Assembly (NCBI RefSeq): GCF_006345805.1 | Contig: NC_043001.1 | Coordinates: 53,196,001 to 53,260,000 of the forward strand | DNA: 64,000 bases | Source of the DNA: Octopus sinensis | Lineage: Eukaryota | Direction: 5' to 3' | Shown: piece after piece, positions 56,280 to 64,000 of the stretch | Numbering within the stretch: the stretch's first letter is position 1 | Layout: the number at the start of each line of letters is the position of its first letter | Position numbers and translations under genes: made by a program | The notes under the pieces: model-generated | Databases searched by the model: none | What the model was told of the DNA's origin: nothing | The model's input: only the letters and a program-made list of their open reading frames with translations

Positions 56280-56680
56280 TAAGAATTTACTAGCAAAACC
56301 TAATGTTCCAATTATTATTAGGGTGAATATGAATTCATAGTCTGGATATAGAAGCTGGAGATTTCAAATTGCTGTCCATATATATACTCTTTTTCTTTGA
56401 TTTTCATAGAGATATTTATATCTGCAAGACAGCTGACCCGTTTGATGGTACTTACAATTACCTCTTTGTCACAAACAGCAATATCCACGCTGTTATGTTT
56501 ACATTTCAGAGAGGTTTTGATGGGAATATTCCACCAGTATGCCTTGAGTTGGGGTTTATGAATGTATTCCATAACAGAGGGATTTTCTAAGTTTCTTTCA
56601 GAATAGTCTTTTTTGAGAATGACATTGCAAATTGTTTTAGCAACAACATCGTGCCGCATAGGGAGGTAGAGTAGAACCTT
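56280..56680 (-). mobile_element. R4/Dong-like non-LTR retrotransposon fragment (restriction-like endonuclease domain)
   Basis: ORF 56318-56659: RHDVVAKTI...WWNIPIKTSLKCKHNSVDIAVCDK...VSCLADINI..KIKEKEYIY, matching the RH, NxPD and K..Y motifs of RLE elements. Confidence 0.75.
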
Positions 56681-58509
56681 CTATTTTCCGTCTGCCAAAT
56701 CCACTCAGTTGTTAGTCGGCCCAGAGCTATATTTGAAGAAATTTGCTCATGCCTCTGGCCAATGAAACTGAAGATGGCACCATATAGTTGAGAAACAAAT
56801 TTCTAACTTGCAGTTACGCTCTAGAATACCCTCTCGAAAGCCACAAAACTGCTGTATTCGTCTTCAAAAAAACCTCTTGTCGGCGTATACTGATAAAAAG
56901 CATAGAACTTTAACAGGACCAGTCGTAAAGCATCTAGCAGCGGTGGCGGAATTGCTTTCAATAGTATATCCAAGTGAGATGCAAATATACAGAAACACAC
57001 ATGCACGCACCCACACACACACACATGCATAGACACTCAAACACACACACACACAATTCTATTTTATTATATTCCCATTATGTTCCACAATCTCCTTGAG
57101 TATAATATAATATATACTTAGGTGGGATACCCTCATATTTACATTTTCTATGAATTTCTAATATTTCATCATGTTTTCATCTCGTGCAAGTAAAACATTT
57201 CACCCCGCAGCTTTTGCATGCAACAATATTATTTACATATTACGCAACCGTTCTTCTAAATGTGACTCGTCATCTCAATGTTATTGCGAGTCAATTTTTC
57301 TCATACTGCTTGCTAGTAAAGATAACTTTTAGTTCTAGAAAAGTCATCTTGAACTAAATCCTGACGTTTGAACTTTTACCGACGTCTCTTCATCACTATG
57401 GTGCTTGAAAATATACAATATCTCTATAAAAACAACAACAAAACACTGGTTTTTCAGCTATACGCATATTTCTACTTAATATATATTCATACATTCGATA
57501 TTTTATTTTTGGTACTAGTCTTCTCTTTTGTTCTACATATTGGAACACGCTGTATTGTTATTGGACATATGATATACATACTCTCGAATATCATATTAAT
57601 GCAAATGTTTATTTTTATACTTGGCTAATTATTTTAGTGTAACTCATCGTTGCTTTGCAACATTACACTTCAGTTACACATACATCATTCTTTTCTGATG
57701 TGATATGTAGAATCACAGAGAACTAAGCACTCACACGCACACACACGCACACACCTACTCTCAGGGAAACATACACATATATATGTGTAATATATATGTT
57801 TATATATATTTTTTCCATGATTTGTAACTTGAAGTTGAGTGATGAAGTATATTGTTATACTAGGGAGTGATCATATTTTGCCTATTAAAAACACGGACTA
57901 TATATTTGGTCATCACTTCAATTTTCTCATTATCATTGTTTTAGTTTCTTTGTCAAAGGTCTTTCTTTACATATCCTATGACCTCCTCAAAACTCTCTAT
58001 CCCACATGTATCCCTTTGTTCTACTAATTCTAAAGGAATAAATTTGATAGTTCTTTGAATAACGAGGGCTGTTTGATGATATATCTGTTTTCTTTATATA
58101 TGTCATCGAATATATATGCTTCATAACTATGATTCATGTTTAAGATATGATGTTTGAATTTGTGTTGTGTAATGATAACTGGGTGTATACATAATGGAAT
58201 ATTGTGCTGATGTGTGGTTCGTATTTCTTGTTCATTAATCCACAGACGTCATTTATAGTTTTAATGTTAGATTGAATTGTTCTGTCCGAATGAGGAACCT
58301 ATAATGATAGTCGTTAGGCTGCTAGTTATGACATATATATTTTTGATGTGCTTGTTGTCTGCGAATCTTTTGTATCTTGGGTTCTCATTGTCTCTAAGTC
58401 TCTAAGTTTTTCTTAATTCAAAGTAAAGTTCTTGTACGATTGAGCATGTTTAGGGGCCTTACTTTTTTATGTGTTGTTTTGTTTTGTACATTATATAATA
58501 CATTGATGT

Positions 58510-58722
58510 TCTTTTCTACTCTAGGCACAAGGCCCGAAATTTTTGTAAAGGAGGTCATTCGATTAGATCGACCCCAGGACGAAACTGGTACTTAATTCAT
58601 CAACCCCGAAAGCAGGAATGGCAAAGTCGACCTCAGCGTATTCTGAAATCAAAACGAAAAGACAGACGAAATGCCTCTAAACATTTCGCCCAGCGTGCTA
58701 ACGTTTCTGCCAACTCGTCGCC
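58510..58722 (-). mobile_element. Octopus-type SINE
   Basis: ctactctaggcacaaggcccgaaatttt...gtcgacctcagcg...gtgctaacgtttctgccaactcgtcgcc. Confidence 0.85.
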
Positions 58723-60161
58723 TTAATATTGATATTGCACAAACGCCCTCTACTGGGATGCTAATAACGGTAAGCGTAATAAGTGTTGGGGGGGTTGATT
58801 GTTCATGTATATTTTGGTGCATGTATTATAATATAACATGATACTTCGTGGATTAAGTTTCCCGTTAAAAGGCCAATTTTATGTGGGTATTATATTTTAC
58901 TAACCAAAATAATCTGTTTCTTAGATTAGTTAATATTCTTGAAGATGTGATAGACGTTATGTACATGTGTCTCAGCTGTTGTATTTACAACGCAATATAG
59001 CTTATATGATTTGAATTTAGTGAATGTTGTTGGGGATATTATAAGTTGCGTATATTTACGTTAGCAATGTGGCTGCTCGCTTTGGTCCGATTGTAAAGTT
59101 TGGTAGACCTGTGAACTGAACCACCAAGATTTCTAGTGTAAATGGGAAATGCTAGCATCAATGGGATTATAACAGTTAATGTCAATTGTGTTAAACGGTT
59201 CTTAATAGTTAATTGCTTCCTCTAGTTGGAAGCTTTTAGATTAAGTTAAAAGATACCGACGATAGAAATTTTAAAAGCGTGTGTTCTCTAAATACTACAA
59301 TAAAAGAGAAAGTATCTACCTATATGAAAGCAAAGACAGTAATAATATTAAGAAATCTAGTGGTTTGAGGAGGCAATCATTCGTGTATAGGGTGCAACGA
59401 ATATAAAGCTTTATCATGTGATAATTGTCTATCGTTTAATTGTAAACTCCTATTTCTTCACTACCCACAAGGGGCTAAACACAGAGGGGACGGACAAGGA
59501 CAGACAAACGGATTAAGTCGATTATATCGACCCCAGTGCGTAAATCGTACTTAATTTATCGACACCGAAAGGATGAAAGGCAAAGTCGACCGCGGCGGAA
59601 TTTGAACTCAGAACGTAACGGCAGATGAAATACCGCAAATCATTTCGCCCGGCATGCTAGCAATTCTGCCAGCTCGCCTTTAATTGTAACACTGTCGTGA
59701 TGACTTATTTAAAACATTCTAAGTAATGAGCTTGAAACGTAGATTATCTGACTGTACTACATAACCACACATTACCATATTTGCTCCTATTAGATGTAAT
59801 GAAACATAGATATACATATACTCAGTTCTAGTCCCCAATTTTTAGGAAGGGATAACCACAAGATAAACACCAGGCATTGCGTTCATTTTCCAGGTCAGAG
59901 AGGCAAGCCCCGTCGTATGCTCACGTCAAAACATAGAACGTGACCCCTAATATCAGCAGCGGAGCCCGACAACATATGCCGGTTTATCCCCGCCGCATCA
60001 TGCTGGTTCAGTACCGCTTTGTGCAAAATCAAATTCATTCATTCGTCCACAAACACTCTACAAGTTTTCCTATCATTTATAAACTCTCTTGCCTCTCTCA
60101 TTCCAACAGCTCTAACCACCAAAGCCTTTCCTTACTCCATCCATCCACACAAACCCAACTC

Positions 60162-60640
60162 CGCCTCCGGTTCTGCTGCCTACTGCTTCTGCCTTTATCA
60201 CCCTCCTTACCATCCGCTCCTCATCCATCTCGTCCATATGGATAATCCACCTCAACATTAATCTATTTTGGCTGTTAGTTTTACTTTCATTCCTGCTCGC
60301 CTTTGCACCTCCTCATTCCTCATCCTGTCCATCCGTGTCACACCAGTCAGAGATCTCAGACATCTCATCTCAAACACATCTATTCGCCTCCTTTTCGCCC
60401 CTCTCAGCCCCACGTCTCTGCACCATATAACATTGTCGCCACAATCATGCCCTCATACAAACCTCTTTACACTCTCATACTCTCATACTCTCAGCATACC
60501 TTTCATAACTCCAAGTATTTTACTATATATCTCACTTCTTCAGCGAACACCCCATGCACCACCACATGTGATCCCAGATACATAAAAACACTCACCTCCT
60601 CTAACACCTTACTATTTATACTCACATCCATCCTAACAGC
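60162..60640 (-). mobile_element. RTE-clade LINE fragment (RT C-terminal region)
   Basis: Manual minus-strand translation: LYEGMIVATMLYGAETWG...IDVFEMRCLRSLTGVTRMDRMRNEEVQRRAG. Confidence 0.8.
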
Positions 60641-60999
60641 CATTCCATCTCTCGAACATAATTATAACTGCGTCCTAAACCTTTAAGTAAAGCTTATTTT
60701 ACAAGGTTTGGGTGATTATATTTATTCTGAGAGGTTGTGAAATCCGACAAATAATAAATATAATATCCGACAATAACTAATATTTGTGTATTGTTTTCTT
60801 GGAAAACATATATACGTTTTGTTTCTCATTTCCCTATCTATGCATTGCGCCTCTACTTTCCGAAGTAAAAATACACAATCATGTTATTAAATTGTAAAAG
60901 CACGAATAAAATTTCACGTTTATTGCAAATTCTTTCTAAAACTGGTGCGACCACTTGAGCGTAGAACATATAGTTGAAATTTACAAAAAAGCAAACGAC

Positions 61000-62570
61000 G
61001 AAGACAGGTGTATAAACAACAAGCTGGTGTATTAATTTGACGCTTGTGAAGGGGAGAAAGTCTTTTACGTTTCGGGACTACGCTCTTCAACAGAAAGGAA
61101 CGGGAGGAAATAAAGTGAGAAAGTATAGAAAAACGAGAGAGAGAGAGAATAAACAAACTTTTGGAGTTAGTGGTCAATCATGGCGACTGTTTGGACAGAG
61201 CTAGTAAGACAGGAGAGCTAGGAAGAAGGGTAGATAATAAAGTACTGGTGATCCCAAAATGAAGATGCTCGTGCCTGTCGGTATGTGAGAGTGTGTGTGT
61301 GCGTGTGGGTAGGGGCTGTTGACTTTTTATGTGTTGATGTTTGTGTGTGTAAATGTGCGCATCTGTAATGTATGGGTGTGTGGATGATGGTTTGGGAGCT
61401 GGGACGTGGCCAGTGCTCATGTTTGTGGAGTGGTGTCGGGATGGTGTGATTTGGTGTGCTGGTGTGGAGTTTGTCTTCAGCTTCAAATATAGCTTGGTAT
61501 ACTAAATTCTTCCGTTTGCAACAATTATTAAATTTATATTGCTCTTTAACCCTACAATCATAGAACTTGCTAAGATTATCACTAGAATTAGCAGGTGGGT
61601 TATGGACTATTGAATTTATGTAGAATGTATATACCAACCATATCTGTGGCCTGGGCTGAATCAGATGATCCCATAGCTATATCAAAGCATTCGGGTGTAA
61701 CTTTTGGGGCTCGTAGTTTATTGTCGAACTTAATTATTGATTTTCTAGCTGTTAGTATGACTTGAATTTCTTCCCTAGACAATTTAGTATTATTTTAGTA
61801 AATATAAGGACACTATTTAATTAATTGTTTAGTTAATTGACGACTAATATACATTAATAGCTACCTGTAAGAATTGGCATATTTTTATATTTTCTATTGC
61901 TTCTTGTATATTTGACTATAGTTTCAGTTTAATTTTGTTCTTAAGTCCTACATAATTGTCTACAATACATTTACTGATTTTACGTATGTCCGATTTAGCA
62001 GAGCAGATTAATCTTTAGGATTTGTTTAGGATTTATTTCAAAATCGTTCTTGTAGACCTTTAAAGAAATTCTAGGCCTTAAAGGAAAAGAAGTTTATATT
62101 TTACCTTTAAAAGCGTATTCAGTCATATTTGTTGCTTCAAGATTTATTATTCTTAAATTATTTCTGGTAACTATCTTGTGTTTTCTTTTTCGTGATCTCC
62201 TTCCTACGTAGATCGTGATATAGAGCAATAATCAAATTATAGATATTTCCTGTTTTGTGAGGGGGAATCAAAACACCTTCTTTAGATTATAAATTCCTAT
62301 AATTCGTCTTCAACGACATCGAGATGTTTGTTAGATGGTGTGTATCTCCCCGTTTTGAAATTTCTTGTAATTACATCTGTCTTGTTGCTATCTTGACTTA
62401 TTCCTTTATTTTCTTGTTCAAGTTTCTTTTCGAAATACTAAACATTCCATCATATTCTGTATACGAATTCCTTAGTTTTGTTTATTAGATCTTTGAAATA
62501 TTCCTTGTTAGATGGTACGGGAATGTATTTTAAAGAGACATCCGATTTTTCATATTCCCAATTTTCCAGT
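61000..62570 (-). mobile_element. Penelope-like element, internally deleted (N-terminus, RT motif B, start of the endonuclease, 3' tail)
   Basis: SLLKYIPVPSNKEYFKDLINKTKEFVYRI*W near 62550; FDIAMGSSDSAQATDMVGIYIL (ORF 61600); CCKRKNLVYQAIF (ORF 61218). Confidence 0.8.
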
Positions 62571-62633
62571 GGAATGTTGAAGTTAATTTTGATATATATA
62601 TTACATATGTTTTAATATAATAAGAATTAACAT

Positions 62634-62680
<47 letters not shown>

Positions 62681-62726
62681 CTACATATTTTAATATACAT
62701 ACATAAAAAAATACATAGACCCCCCC

Positions 62727-62769
<43 letters not shown>

Positions 62770-63368
62770 TGTAAATATAAATACATAAGAGGTACTCATC
62801 ATAGGATACTTGGCACACTAGAAGGAATAGCCACAATCCAAACGACTATTAGGGATAAATTTCGAAGGGAATGAAAGAATAAAAACATTTACCATCTATC
62901 TCCTGGACCATGGTTTCTGACTCTATATTAGCAAAAAAATAATAATTTGCCAGGCAGTGTTCTTCATCAACAGGTACGCCAAGATTAAACATATAAATAC
63001 AAGGCAATCCTTTATGTGCCCCGTGCTTATATATTATCATTATTCAAATCCATCGCGCAAGCGCAGTTCTTTTTGGGTTTTTTTTTGTCGGCAGCAAATA
63101 AAATAATGCCGGCGTTACTTCGAAAATTTGCCAAAAATTATCAATAATTATTATCAGGGTAAGAAAAAATTTTAGAAATTTTTCCTAACAGTGGCCTAGC
63201 GTGTGTGAAAATTAGTCAATGGACTATATATAATAGCCAAAATCCAAACCAGCAAAAATTTGTGTCTCTATCTACCTTCCTTTAACTGCACCACTAAGAA
63301 CATCACTCTCTTCTCTTTATCTTTCCCTTCAGATAACTTTTAAACCACGAAACACGTATTCTTTTTTT

Positions 63369-63750
63369 TTCTACTCTAGGCACAAGGCCAGAAAATTTTG
63401 GGGGAGGGCGAGTCCATTAGATGGACCCCAGTACAGATCTGGTACTTAATTTATTGGCCCCGAAAGGATAAAAGGCAAAGTGGACCTCGGCGGAATTTGA
63501 ACTCAGAACGTAGCGGCAGACGAAATATTTATTTCTTAACTACCCACAAGAGAATAAACACAGACGGGACAAACAAGAACAGACAAACAGATTAAGTCGA
63601 TTACATCGACCCCAATGCGTAACTGGTACTTAATTTATCGACCCCGAAAGGATGAAAGGCAATGTCGACCTCGGCGGAATTTGAACTCAGAACGTAACAG
63701 CAGACGAAATACGGCTACGCATTTTGCCCGGCGTGCTAACGTTTCTGTCA
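63369..63750 (-). mobile_element. Two abutting octopus-type SINE copies
   Basis: Same arrangement as 46430-46807. Confidence 0.85.
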
Positions 63751-63831
63751 GGTCACAGATTTGAAGAAGTAGATTATTATATGGATTGGTGTCTGATACG
63801 TGTCTTTTTATTTGACAACCATCCATCAACC

Positions 63832-63867
<36 letters not shown>

Positions 63868-64000
63868 TAGCAACCATCTATATGCTTGTTGTTTCTCCAC
63901 CTAACAAAGTACCTAATGCTGGTCAATGTTTGCAAAATTACGTTTATCCATTACCTTGCTTAAAATTATATTGATTCAAATTTTGTTTAGTTGGTGAATT

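Larger units (their letters stand above)
54256..60161. repeat. Near-identical 963-bp direct duplication (segment B: 54256-55218 and 59199-60161)
   Basis: Both copies are 963 bp and contain the same SINE; no difference was noticed by eye. Confidence 0.92.

Noticed and set aside
57830-59200. Possible very old PLE RT remnant (FTGLPNF.. on minus)
   Set aside because: Only one weak motif; too degraded to support.
62846-63192. Possible MITE with ~20-bp imperfect inverted ends
   Set aside because: The match is short and AT-rich, with no clear TSD.

Overview
AT-rich eukaryotic genomic DNA, most likely from an octopus-like cephalopod (inferred from the SINE families and the extreme (TA)n/(CA)n/(AAT)n load). 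No intact protein-coding gene can be supported; most listed ORFs are microsatellite or repeat artefacts. The window holds decayed transposons: a Tc1, a mariner, MITEs, many tRNA-derived SINEs, an RTE 3' fragment, an R4/Dong-type RLE fragment and about seven Penelope-like element (PLE; RT + GIY-YIG) remnants. The main unexplained structure is a dense set of short non-coding elements inserted in (TA)n tracts. They fall into about ten unrelated sequence families, and each can be folded by hand into a type I hammerhead ribozyme (stem I-CUGANGA-stem II-GAAA-palindromic stem III-UH). They occur as tandem ~400-560 bp units joined head-to-head at an inversion just upstream of the ribozyme. Examples are two ~550-bp arrays (4 and 9 ribozymes), a perfect 253-bp-arm palindrome, a tRNA-SINE/ribozyme chimera, a U3-A8 covariant core, and one fragment that ends exactly at the predicted self-cleavage site. 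Together this looks like a retrozyme-like, PLE-mobilised, microsatellite-homing system; ribozyme activity is predicted from structure only. A near-identical A-B-A...B duplication with microhomology junctions lies at 53.2-60.2 kb.
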